Shown in pieces: positions 53,542 through 64,000 of a stretch of DNA of 64,000 bases. Position numbers and translations under genes: made by a program. The notes beneath the pieces are model-generated. The model did not search any database. It was not told where the DNA came from and was given only the letters and a program-made list of their open reading frames with translations. Source of the DNA: Alphaproteobacteria bacterium. Its GTDB lineage: Bacteria; Pseudomonadota; Alphaproteobacteria; JAAXGF01. Each line of letters starts with the position of its first letter. The first letter of the stretch is position 1. Location of the stretch: contig CAUVXB020000001.1 of the NCBI GenBank assembly GCA_963555825.3, forward strand, positions 736,001-800,000, read 5' to 3'.

Positions 53542-54414
53542 TCAACTCGGGCCGACGGGCCTTTCGCCGGCGATCGTCGTGCGGTGCATCAGGCGGCGCT
53601 GGCCGTCGTAATCGTTGATCGCGAAGTGCTGGGTGCAGCGGTTGTCCCAGATGGCGAGCGAGCCGGCGCGCCAGCGGAAGCGGCAAGTGAACTCGGGCTG
53701 CACCGCGCGTTCGAACAGGAAGGCGAGCAGCGGCCGGCTCTCCTCGACGGTCATGTCGACAAATCGGATGGTGTAGACCGGGTTGACGTACAACGCCTTG
53801 CGTCCCGATTCGGGATGCACGCGCACCACCGGGTGCTCGGTCTCGACGTCGGCCGCCGGGTCGCCCCGCCGCATCTTGATCGACTTGCTCAGCTTCAGAT
53901 CGGGGCTCGGCGGCGCCTTGGTGCCGTGCGGCGCGCCGGTGTGGATCGCGACCAGCGGGTCGAGCGCGGCCTTCATGCCGTCGCTCAGCGACTCGTAGGC
54001 AGCGTATTGACTGGCCCACAGCGTGTCGCCGCCATGCTCGGGCACCTCGTGTGCATAGAGTACCGAGCCCAAGGGCGGCGCCTCGAGGAAGCTGAAGTCG
54101 CTGTGCCAGGTGCCGCCGAAGGTCGAGATGCCGACCTCGTCGGCCTCTTTCAGCACGGCGATGATGTCGGGGTGCCCGGCCATCGCCTCGACGTAGGGCA
54201 CGCGGCTGACGGCGCCGAACCGCGCGGTCAGCGCGATCTGCCGTTCGGGCGTGATCGCCTGGTCGCGGAAGAAGATTACCAGATGCTCGATCAGCGCGCG
54301 GCGGATTTCGGCGTAGGTCTCGTCGTCGAGCGGCGCCGCCAAATCGACGCCGCCGATCTCGGCGCCCAATGCGCCGGCGATCAGCGTCACCGCGATCCTG
54401 TCATAGGCCGTCAT
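53542..54414 (-). CDS. tauD: TauD/TfdA-family 2OG-dependent dioxygenase
   Basis: WHSD, GGDT, HPVVRVHPE, WDNRCTQH, R. Confidence 0.85.
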   Translation of the reverse strand: MTAYDRIAVTLIAGALGAEIGGVDLAAPLDDETYAEIRRALIEHLVIFFRDQAITPERQIALTARFGAVSRVPYVEAMAGHPDIIAVLKEADEVGISTFGGTWHSDFSFLEAPPLGSVLYAHEVPEHGGDTLWASQYAAYESLSDGMKAALDPLVAIHTGAPHGTKAPPSPDLKLSKSIKMRRGDPAADVETEHPVVRVHPESGRKALYVNPVYTIRFVDMTVEESRPLLAFLFERAVQPEFTCRFRWRAGSLAIWDNRCTQHFAINDYDGQRRLMHRTTIAGERPVGPS

Positions 54415-55616
54415 GCCGGCCCCTCCCCTAGCCCGACCAGCACGCGCGTGTGGCGGGCGATCATGAGCTCCTCGTTGGTCGGGATGACCCAGGCCGCGAC
54501 GCGGCTCGTGCCGGTCGAGATGCGCGGGCCGTCCGCCGCGTTGGCGGCAGCGTCGAGCTCGACGCCGAGCCAGGCCGCGCCGCGGCACACGGCGTCGCGC
54601 ACCGGCGTCGCGTGCTCGCCGATCCCGCCGGTGAAGACCAGCGCGTCCAGCCCGTCGAGCGCGGCCGCGAGCGAGCCGATCTCGCGCGCGATGCGGTAGC
54701 AGTAGAGTTCGACCGCCTGCCGCGCGGCGAGGTTGCCGCTCTCGAGCAACGTCGCCATGTCCGAGCTGATGCCCGAGAGCCCGAGCAGTCCCGAGCGGTT
54801 GTAGATCAGGTCGGCGAGCGCGGCCTCGTCCATCCCCTCCTCGCGCATCAGATAGAGCATGACGTCGGGGTCCATGGCGCCGGCGCGCGTGCCCATGGGT
54901 ATGCCGTCGGCGGTCGAGAATCCCATGGTCGTCGCGACGCTGTGCCCGTCGCGGATCGCACACAGGCTCGCGCCGTTGCCGAGGTGCATGACGATCAGCC
55001 GCTGCGGCAGGGGCGCGCCGGTCGCCGCCGGCCACGCGCTCACGATGTACTCATACGACAGGCCGTGGAAGCCGTAACGCCTGAGCCCCTTGTCACGCAG
55101 CTCCTTGGGCAGCGCGAGGCGTCGGGCGACGACCGGCTGGGTGGCATGGAACGCCGTGTCGAAGCAGGCGACCTGGGCAAGCTCGGGACGCCGCGCGGCG
55201 ATCGCGCGGATGGCGGCGACGTTGTGCGGCTGATGGTGCGGCGCCAACGGCTGGAGCGCGGCCAGCTCGGCGATCAGCGCAGCATCGACGAGCGCCGGCG
55301 CGGTGTGGTCAGGGCCGCCGTGGACGACGCGGTGGCCGACGGCGACGATGCGGTAGTCCTCGGGCCGGCGGTCGAGCCAATCGAGCAAAAGGGCGATCGC
55401 CGGCCCGTGTCCGGCGACACCGGAGGCGAGACCGCCCGGGTCATCGACCAGCGCCTCGCCGTCGGCGTCGCGCGCATCAAAGCGCGGCGTGGCGCCGATG
55501 CCGGCGAGCTGGCCACGCAGGATCGGTGATCGGTCGGTCGTCGCGTCGCCGACACCGAAGACGGCGAACTTGAGGCTCGACGAGCCGGCGTTGAGCACCA
55601 GGACGGCGTCGATCAT
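54411..55616 (-). CDS. ackA: Acetate kinase
   Basis: NAGSSSLK, GHRVVHGG, FDTAFH, YGFHGLSY, HLGNGAS, FTGGIGE. Confidence 0.93.
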   Translation of the reverse strand: MIDAVLVLNAGSSSLKFAVFGVGDATTDRSPILRGQLAGIGATPRFDARDADGEALVDDPGGLASGVAGHGPAIALLLDWLDRRPEDYRIVAVGHRVVHGGPDHTAPALVDAALIAELAALQPLAPHHQPHNVAAIRAIAARRPELAQVACFDTAFHATQPVVARRLALPKELRDKGLRRYGFHGLSYEYIVSAWPAATGAPLPQRLIVMHLGNGASLCAIRDGHSVATTMGFSTADGIPMGTRAGAMDPDVMLYLMREEGMDEAALADLIYNRSGLLGLSGISSDMATLLESGNLAARQAVELYCYRIAREIGSLAAALDGLDALVFTGGIGEHATPVRDAVCRGAAWLGVELDAAANAADGPRISTGTSRVAAWVIPTNEELMIARHTRVLVGLGEGPA

Positions 55617-55632
55617 GTCCCCTCCTCCCCAC

Positions 55633-56367
55633 TCAGGCTACCACCGCGCGCACCAGGACGGCGACGGAAAGCGCGGCGAGAAGGATCAGCACGAAGCGCC
55701 GGAAGCGCTCGGGATCGGCCTTCACGAATCCGCGGTTGCCGAGGCCGATGCCGACCAGCACGGGCACGACAAGCACGAGCGCGAGGACCAGCACGTCGGC
55801 ATGGTAAAGCCCCTACCCGGCCGCCATGGCTGTGCCGATGACGTCGAGGCCGAAGAGAAAGGCGATGACCGAGGCGCGGCTGACGCCGACCGCCGCGGGC
55901 GAGGAGAAATAGAACAGGATCACCGGCGGCCCGCCGATTCCGGTGCCGCCGTTCATCGCGCCGGCGAGCAGCCCGGCGGCCGCCGCCGGTCCCGGCCCCG
56001 GCACGGCCCGTCACGCGAAACCGCGCCACAGCATGATCGTCGCGGCCAGGATGACGATTGCGATGGCGATGCGCACGGGTGCTGCGGGCAGCGCGGCGAG
56101 CAGATAGAGGCCGGCCGGGGTCGCCACCACGGCGCCCGCCAGCAGCCAGCGCAGCGAGCGCCACTCGACCTCGCGCCACACCTTGGGCAGGAGGTTCGCG
56201 CCCACCGCGATCTCGAGCAGGAAGACCGCAGGGATCACGACGACTGGCGGAAAGACCAGCGACAGGCTCGACACCCAGATCATCGACGAGCCGAAGCCGG
56301 CGTAGCCGCGCACGAACGCGCCGCAGAACACCGCGACGACGGCGAAGGCGATCGAGGCGGGTTCCAT
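55633..56367 (-). pseudogene. TauE/SafE sulfite exporter with two in-frame stops
   Basis: RGYAGFG and GIGGPP motifs; one frame with TGA at 56011-56013 and TAG at 55813-55815; terminal TGA at 55633. Confidence 0.82.
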
Positions 56368-56434
56368 GGTTCACCGATGCGGGGCGGCGATAGAGGTCAT
56401 TGTACGGTCATCTTTGACTCGCGTAAAGCTGACC

Positions 56435-56585
56435 TGCGCTCAATCGCCACGCATGCCAATCTTTATCCCACAAGGCCATTCTTGATCCCACAAGGATTGG
56501 CCGAACGGTCGGCGGCCCCCTCTTGTTGGGACAAGATTGGCGCAGGCTGGCATGATCCGATCGATCGCAATCGATCGGATTATGC
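56435..56585. repeat. Dispersed intergenic repeat, copy B
   Basis: Reverse-complement homolog of 15228-15359; ends in a palindrome GCATGATCCGATCGAT..ATCGATCGGATTATGC. Confidence 0.8.
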
Positions 56586-56612
56586 CCTGGCACCGCCCCA
56601 CCATTTCGGTGA

Positions 56613-58325
56613 TCAGTTGACCGTGAAGTCCTTGTACTTGTCGAGCAGGCGGTGCGGCTTCTTCAGCGCGTCGCGGCGGAACGGATCGCCGAGTTCCTCG
56701 GTGCACATGATCTCGAGCACGGTGCATTTGTCAGACGACGTCGCCTGGCGCAGCGCGTCGCCGATCTGGTCGGCCTGGTCGACACAGATCCCGTCGGCGC
56801 CGAACGACTCGGCGATGCCCGCCCAGCTCGGGTTCTTCAGGTTGGTGCCGATGTAACGGTCGGCGTAGAAGTCGACCTGGTTCTTCTTCTCGGCGCCCCA
56901 CTGGCCGTTGTTGAAGACCACGGCGGTGACCGGTATGTCTTCGCGCACGCAGGTCAGCAGTTCGTTGAAGCTGATGCCCCAGGCGCCGTCGCCGACATAG
57001 GCGACGGCCGGGCGGTCGGGCGCGCCGAACTTGCAGCCAATCGCCGTCGGGAAGGCGTAGCCGCAGTTGCCGAAACTCATGGCGGCGAAGAAGCTGTTCG
57101 GCCGGTTGAAGCGAAGGTAGCTGTTCGAGACCGAGCAGATGTTGCCGATGTCGGTGGTGACCATGGCGTTCTCGGGCATCGCCTTCTCAAGCTCGCGCAG
57201 CACGCGGCGCGGCGCGACCGGCGAGCCGTCTTGCTGGCCCCATGTGTCGAGCTCGGCTTCCCAAGCGTCCTTCTGGCTCTTGACCTCGGCGAGGCGCGTG
57301 TCGGCGTTGCCATGGCATTCGAGCTGCAGGTTGCGCAGGCGCCCCAGGATGTCCCCGGCGGCGAGGCCGGCGTCGCCTTGGACCGCGACGTCGATCTTCT
57401 TGACCAGGCCGAGGACGCGGTGGTTGACGTCGACCTGGATGATCTTGGCGTCGGTCGGCCAATAGTCGATGTCGTGCTGGGGCAGCGTGCCGAACGGGCC
57501 GAGACGGGTGCCCAGCGCGAGCACGACGTCGGCCTGTGCGATCGTCTTCATCGCCGCCTTCGAGCCTTGATAGCCGAGCGGGCCCATCCACAGGTCGTGG
57601 TTGGCCGGGAAGGCGTCGTTGTGCAGATAGGTCGTGCAGACCGGCGCCTTGAGGAACTCGGCCAACTCGACAAGAGCGTCGCTGCCGCCGCCCATGACGA
57701 TGCCGCCGCCGGCGAGGATCACCGGGAACTTGGCTGATCCTAAGAGATCGGCCGCCGCCTGCAGGCTCTCGGGCCCGCCAGCGGCGCGCTCGATGCGCTG
57801 GGGCCGCGGTATCTCGACATCGAGTTCGCCGTAGAACTGGTCGCGCGGAATGTTGACCTGCACGGGTCCGCGCTCGGCGATCGAGAGATCGAAGGCGCGG
57901 CTCATCTGCTCGGCGATGCGGTCGGCACGACGGATGTCGGCCTGGTACTTGGTGATCTTGGAGAAGATCGGTAGCTGCTCGGTCTCCTGGAAGCCGCCGA
58001 GGCCCATGGTGTTCGAGCCGGTCTCGGGCGTGATGCAGACGACCGGCGAATGCGCCCAATAGGCGGCGGCGACCGAAGTCACGAAGTTGGTGATGCCCGG
58101 GCCGTTCTGTCCGATGCACACGCCGTGACGCCCGGTAACGCGCGAATAGCCGTCGGCCATGTGGCCGGCGCCCTGTTCATGCGCCACGGAGACGAACCTG
58201 ATGCCAGCCGGCTCGAAGATGTCGAGCGCATCCATGAAGGCGGAGCCGACGATGCCGAAGACGTACTCGACCTTGTTCGCTACCAGAGTTTCGACGAACG
58301 CCTCGCTCGGGGTCATGCGGGTCAT
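56613..58325 (-). CDS. xsc: Sulfoacetaldehyde acetyltransferase
   Basis: MTPSEAFVE, GIVGSAFMD, GDGAWG ThDP motif, NNGQWGAEKKNQ, ELGDPFRRDA. Confidence 0.93.
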   Translation of the reverse strand: MTRMTPSEAFVETLVANKVEYVFGIVGSAFMDALDIFEPAGIRFVSVAHEQGAGHMADGYSRVTGRHGVCIGQNGPGITNFVTSVAAAYWAHSPVVCITPETGSNTMGLGGFQETEQLPIFSKITKYQADIRRADRIAEQMSRAFDLSIAERGPVQVNIPRDQFYGELDVEIPRPQRIERAAGGPESLQAAADLLGSAKFPVILAGGGIVMGGGSDALVELAEFLKAPVCTTYLHNDAFPANHDLWMGPLGYQGSKAAMKTIAQADVVLALGTRLGPFGTLPQHDIDYWPTDAKIIQVDVNHRVLGLVKKIDVAVQGDAGLAAGDILGRLRNLQLECHGNADTRLAEVKSQKDAWEAELDTWGQQDGSPVAPRRVLRELEKAMPENAMVTTDIGNICSVSNSYLRFNRPNSFFAAMSFGNCGYAFPTAIGCKFGAPDRPAVAYVGDGAWGISFNELLTCVREDIPVTAVVFNNGQWGAEKKNQVDFYADRYIGTNLKNPSWAGIAESFGADGICVDQADQIGDALRQATSSDKCTVLEIMCTEELGDPFRRDALKKPHRLLDKYKDFTVN

Positions 58326-58527
58326 GGGACCCTCCCATCAGTAAGCTGTCTGCAGCGGCACGACCCGCGAGGCGTACTAGGCTCCCGCGGCGGCACAATG
58401 CCGCGGCCGATCGTTGACGTCATATGCGCCGAAATGCCCATTGGCAAAAGAGCCAATCACGTCTGCCCGATTGGGCCAGATTGGTGTGCGCAACGGCCCA
58501 CTGGCCCCATCTCCAGCGCCGCAGCGC

Positions 58528-58947
58528 TCAACCGCCGAACATCTTCCTGAGATTGTCGAAGCCGGCCTGGTAGATGCCCTCGACGGCCTTCATGGCGTCG
58601 TTCTCCGACGCGCCGGCCGGGTTGAACTCGCTTGACCACTCCACGGTGCAGCCGCCGCCCTCGTCCTCGTTGACGCGGATCGTCGCGTGGTAGTTGGCCA
58701 GCGGCAGCGGACTTTCGAGAATTGCGTAGCTGTAACTGTGGCCGCTGTCGTCCTGGCTCTCGAGGCGTTCGACGATTTTGCCGCCGCCGGCAAGCGTCAG
58801 CGTGCGTATGCTGCCGCTGTCGTCTTCCTCGACCTCGCTCTTCTCGATCGCCGGGTGCCACGCCGGCAGCGCGTTGAAGCCGCCGATCAGGTCCCACAAC
58901 TGGGTTGCCGGCACGTTGACCTTGGTCGTCATCGATACCTTGGCCAT
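58528..58947 (-). CDS. SRPBCC-family protein
   Basis: WDLIGGFNALPAWHP, RTLTL, E.L, YSY.I, VEWSSEF; GGAGG RBS. Confidence 0.85.
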   Translation of the reverse strand: MAKVSMTTKVNVPATQLWDLIGGFNALPAWHPAIEKSEVEEDDSGSIRTLTLAGGGKIVERLESQDDSGHSYSYAILESPLPLANYHATIRVNEDEGGGCTVEWSSEFNPAGASENDAMKAVEGIYQAGFDNLRKMFGG

Positions 58948-59037
58948 GTCCTCCCTCCTCGCCTGTCTCCCGCTGTCGCGCGGGTTACGCCTATCATGGG
59001 GTAGTCGGCCATCGTCGACAACGAATTCCGCCGCCAC

Positions 59038-59071
59038 AAAGAAAGAGGGCCGCGCTGGTTGGCGCGGCCCT
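59038..59071 (-). terminator. Intrinsic terminator after groEL
   Basis: GAGGGCCGCGC..GCGCGGCCCTC hairpin followed by a T-rich tail on the minus strand. Confidence 0.75.
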
Positions 59072-59096
59072 CGGAAGCTTGTGTTGGACGGTGGCC

Positions 59097-61048
<1,952 letters not shown>

Positions 61049-61093
61049 TCAGAGTTCTCCTCTGGCATTCGAATTTGCTGGTGTGTCATGTTG

Positions 61094-61120
61094 GTAGCAC
61101 TCCCGGTGAGAGAGTGCCAG
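61094..61120 (-). promoter_or_regulatory. CIRCE element (HrcA operator)
   Basis: CTGGCACTC-N9-GAGTGCTAC versus consensus TTAGCACTC-N9-GAGTGCTAA. Confidence 0.88.
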
Positions 61121-61126
61121 GGGTGT

Positions 61127-61153
61127 ATATGGGAGACCTAAGCCCCTGTCAAG
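61127..61153 (-). promoter_or_regulatory. RpoH (sigma32) promoter of groESL
   Basis: CTTGAC-14 nt-CCCATAT immediately upstream of CIRCE. Confidence 0.75.
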
Positions 61154-62408
61154 CCGAGTATTCGGTGAATTTCCGCGCAAACCGAGCGGCGTCGGCCGGG
61201 TCGAGTCCGACGCGAATATGGGCGCTTCGCTCGTCATCGACACGCTCGAGAACGTGACCCCTGCGATACAGCCAGGCGAGCGCGGCGCCGTCCTCGAGCG
61301 CGACGGTTACCTCGACGGTTCGCCGGTCGACGGCGAGCCGGTCGTCGATCACCTGCAACAAGTCGTTGCAACCCCGGCCGGTCAGTGCCGAAACCGGCAC
61401 GCAGCGGCGGTCGCGGAGGAAGATATTGTCCAGCCGTTCGCGCTCGGTGGCGTCGAGCAGGTCGGTCTTGTTGAGCGCCTCGGTAAGGCCACGGTCGACG
61501 GCATCACCGAGGCCCAGTTCGGCGAGGACGGCGTGGACGTCGTCGCGCTGCGTGATGCTTTCGGGATGCGCGATATCACGCACGTGAACGACGATCTCAG
61601 CCGAGAGAACCTCTTCGAGCGTCGCCCGGAAGGCGGCGATCAGCCCGGTCGGCAGGTCCGAGATGAAGCCGACCGTATCGGACAGAATGACGCGCCGTCC
61701 CGACGGCAGGTCGACGCCCCGAAGAGTCGGATCGAGCGTCGCGAACAGCTTGTCCTCGGCGGTCACGGTCGCGTCGGTCAGCCGGTTGAACAGCGTCGAC
61801 TTGCCGGCGTTGGTATAGCCGACCAGCGCGACCACCGGATAGGGCACGCGCTGACGCGCTTGCCGGTGCAGGCCGCGCGTTCGTGCGACGCCCTCGAGGT
61901 CGCGCCGGATACGCGTGATGCGCTCGTCGATCTGGCGGCGGTCGGCTTCGATCTGTGATTCACCCGGGCCGCCGAGAAATCCGAAGCCGCCACGCTGACG
62001 TTCGAGGTGGGTCCAGGAGCGCACCAGCCGGCTGCGCTGATAGCTCAACGCTGCGAGCTCGACCTGCAGGCTGCCCTCGCGGGTGCGCGCCCGATCGCCG
62101 AAGATCTCGAGGATCAGGCCGGTCCGGTCGATGACCTTGCAGTGCCAGGCCTTCTCGAGGTTGCGCTGCTGGACCGGCGTCAAGGGACTGTCGATGATTG
62201 CGATTTCGATCGAGTCCGCGGCGACCCGGCCGGCCAACTCGTCCACCCTGCCCTTGCCGAGCAGGGTGGACGAGCGGCGTTTCGAGAGCGTCACGACTTC
62301 GGCGTCGACGACCTCGAGCGAGATCGCCAAAGCCAAGCCGACGGCTTCGGCCAGCCGGCCTTCGGCCGCGCGTCCGGATCGTTCGCGCGTGATGCGCGGG
62401 TGCAGCAC
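61149..62408 (-). CDS. hflX: GTPase HflX (start possibly ~62453)
   Basis: GYTNAGKSTLFN, DKLFATLD, DTVGF, NKTD; follows hfq. Confidence 0.96.
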   Translation of the reverse strand: MLHPRITRERSGRAAEGRLAEAVGLALAISLEVVDAEVVTLSKRRSSTLLGKGRVDELAGRVAADSIEIAIIDSPLTPVQQRNLEKAWHCKVIDRTGLILEIFGDRARTREGSLQVELAALSYQRSRLVRSWTHLERQRGGFGFLGGPGESQIEADRRQIDERITRIRRDLEGVARTRGLHRQARQRVPYPVVALVGYTNAGKSTLFNRLTDATVTAEDKLFATLDPTLRGVDLPSGRRVILSDTVGFISDLPTGLIAAFRATLEEVLSAEIVVHVRDIAHPESITQRDDVHAVLAELGLGDAVDRGLTEALNKTDLLDATERERLDNIFLRDRRCVPVSALTGRGCNDLLQVIDDRLAVDRRTVEVTVALEDGAALAWLYRRGHVLERVDDERSAHIRVGLDPADAARFARKFTEYSA

Positions 62409-62457
62409 CAGCGCCCGCCCCCGCGAAGGGACAGCGCCGTTGACCCGGCTCAGCGGA

Positions 62458-62718
62458 TCATTCTTCGGCGGCGTTTTCGGCCTCCTTCGACGGATCGAAG
62501 AGCTGAATCGAGGCGGCCGGCATCACAGTCGAGATGGCGTGCTTGTAGACGAGCTGTACGTGGCCGTCCCGGCGCAGCAACACCGAGAACGTGTCGAACG
62601 AACTGATGACGCCTTGAAGCTTGACGCCGTTGATGAGGAAAACGGTAACCGGCAGCTTGTTCTTGCGGACGTGGTTGAGAAAGACGTCCTGAACGTTTTG
62701 TGACTTTTCGTTGGACAT
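62458..62718 (-). CDS. hfq: RNA chaperone Hfq
   Basis: [29 protein letters not shown]. Confidence 0.97.
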   Translation of the reverse strand: MSNEKSQNVQDVFLNHVRKNKLPVTVFLINGVKLQGVISSFDTFSVLLRRDGHVQLVYKHAISTVMPAASIQLFDPSKEAENAAEE

Positions 62719-62884
62719 TCGGCTGTCCCCTTTCTGGCCCACCAGGGGTTTCTCGTTGGCCCGACGCCATTATTGATTGTTCTGACGTCGCCATACTACC
62801 CTACCACCAAGACAGATAATCTATCAGGATTTCTTATCCAGTGCCGGGGCCGATTCAAATTTATTGGCCGCGCCGCGATCAGGG

Positions 62885-64000
62885 TTAGTCCTTCGGCGGC
62901 TTGCCGCCGCCCTTGCCGCCACCACTCCCGCCATTGCCGCTACCGCCAGAGCCGCCACCGCCCTTCTTGACGCTGATCGAGACGGTCGCGCTGTCGGCGC
63001 CGCCGTTGCCGTCGTCGACGCCGAAGTCGAACGAATCGATACCCGTGTAGTTGTTGTCCGGCGTGTAGGTCAAGCTGGCGCCCGACCCCGAGAGCGTGCC
63101 GTGCGACGGTCCCAAGACGATCGTGTAGACGAGCGCGTCACTATCGGCGTCACTTGCCGTGAGCGTAAAGCCGAGCGGCGTGTTCTTCTTGGTGTTGACC
63201 GATTGGCCGTCGGCGACCGGCGCATCATTGAGCGCCGTCACGGTGATCGACACGCTGGCGGAATCACTGCCGCCTTCGCCGTCCGAGACCGTGTAATCGA
63301 AGCTGTCGACACCGTTGAAGTCGGCATTCGGCGTATAGGTGACGGTGTCATCCGCGTTGATCGCGGCCGCGCCGTCAGCGCCCTGGGTCACGACGGTGAC
63401 CGCGAGGCTATCGCCGTCAGCATCGCTGTCGTTGTCGAGCACGGCGATCGTGATTGCGCCGTCCTCCGCGACGTTCGCTTCGTCGTCCGTAGCCACCGGG
63501 GGATTGTTCGACGTCGGCGCGCCGACTGTGATGTCGACGACGGCCACGGCGCTTTCCGACAACGGATCGCGCGCGACGAAGGCGATGTCGTCGACGCCCT
63601 CGAAGCCGGCATCCGGTGTGTAGACAAGGTTCGCGCCGTCCCCCGACAGGACGCCGTTGAGCGGTTGTACGACGACCTCGAAGGTCAGTGGGTCGTCGTT
63701 GTCGTCATTGGCGGTAAGTAAGATCGCGAGCGGCGTGCCGACCGCCGTCACGAGCTGCTGGGCATCGCCGACCGGCATGGCGAGCCCGCCCCAGTCGCCC
63801 CAGGTTTGCGTCGCTGTGTCGCCGTCGGTCATGGTGACCTTGGCGGCGACGCAGCGTGCCGGGCCGACCAGCTCGTGGAAAGTGAGTCCGAGGAAATAAT
63901 CGGCCGGCGGGTCGTAGTCGGCGGTGCGGATCGTGACGCCGTTGAACAGCCCATCGTGGAAGTCGGCCGGGTCCTGGGCGTCCATGTGCACGTTGGCGTT
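62885..64000 (-). CDS. Ig-like (Big_9/cadherin-like) repeat surface protein, 5'-partial
   Basis: Repeated YTP..F.G.DSF.Y, N..PVA.DD and D.D.D.L units; Gly/Lys-rich tail. Confidence 0.8.
   Translation of the reverse strand, partial: NANVHMDAQDPADFHDGLFNGVTIRTADYDPPADYFLGLTFHELVGPARCVAAKVTMTDGDTATQTWGDWGGLAMPVGDAQQLVTAVGTPLAILLTANDDNDDPLTFEVVVQPLNGVLSGDGANLVYTPDAGFEGVDDIAFVARDPLSESAVAVVDITVGAPTSNNPPVATDDEANVAEDGAITIAVLDNDSDADGDSLAVTVVTQGADGAAAINADDTVTYTPNADFNGVDSFDYTVSDGEGGSDSASVSITVTALNDAPVADGQSVNTKKNTPLGFTLTASDADSDALVYTIVLGPSHGTLSGSGASLTYTPDNNYTGIDSFDFGVDDGNGGADSATVSISVKKGGGGSGGSGNGGSGGGKGGGKPPKD

Overview
GC-rich alphaproteobacterial chromosome segment (Rhodospirillales-like gene order) that probably contains the replication terminus. 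A dif-like site lies at 45718-45745, and both gene orientation and GGGNAGGG (KOPS) polarity converge on it; a filamentous-phage-type repressor relic sits beside it. Core genes include recG, sdhE, mfd, tRNA-Ser, an mltB-like gene, rlpA, dacA, tmk, holB, metG, tatD, mazG, groES/groEL (with CIRCE and RpoH sites), hflX and hfq. Accessory content: (1) a four-layer nest at 0.6-6.6 kb (host gene < IS1595 < IS21 < IS630); (2) an IS with a 14-bp target duplication; (3) a decayed island integrated at the 5' end of tRNA-Ser; (4) a type III PKS/methyltransferase pair; (5) a taurine/sulfonate cluster (tauA, aminotransferase, tauR, tauD, ackA, tauE pseudogene, xsc); (6) duplicated small ORFs ahead of an unusual Flp pilin; (7) a dispersed ~140-bp repeat whose internal boxes are flipped between its two copies. 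Several genes carry 2-bp insertions that look like assembly errors. All calls come from reading motifs by eye; no searches were run. No CRISPR array or rRNA was seen, and I cannot claim a definitively new system.
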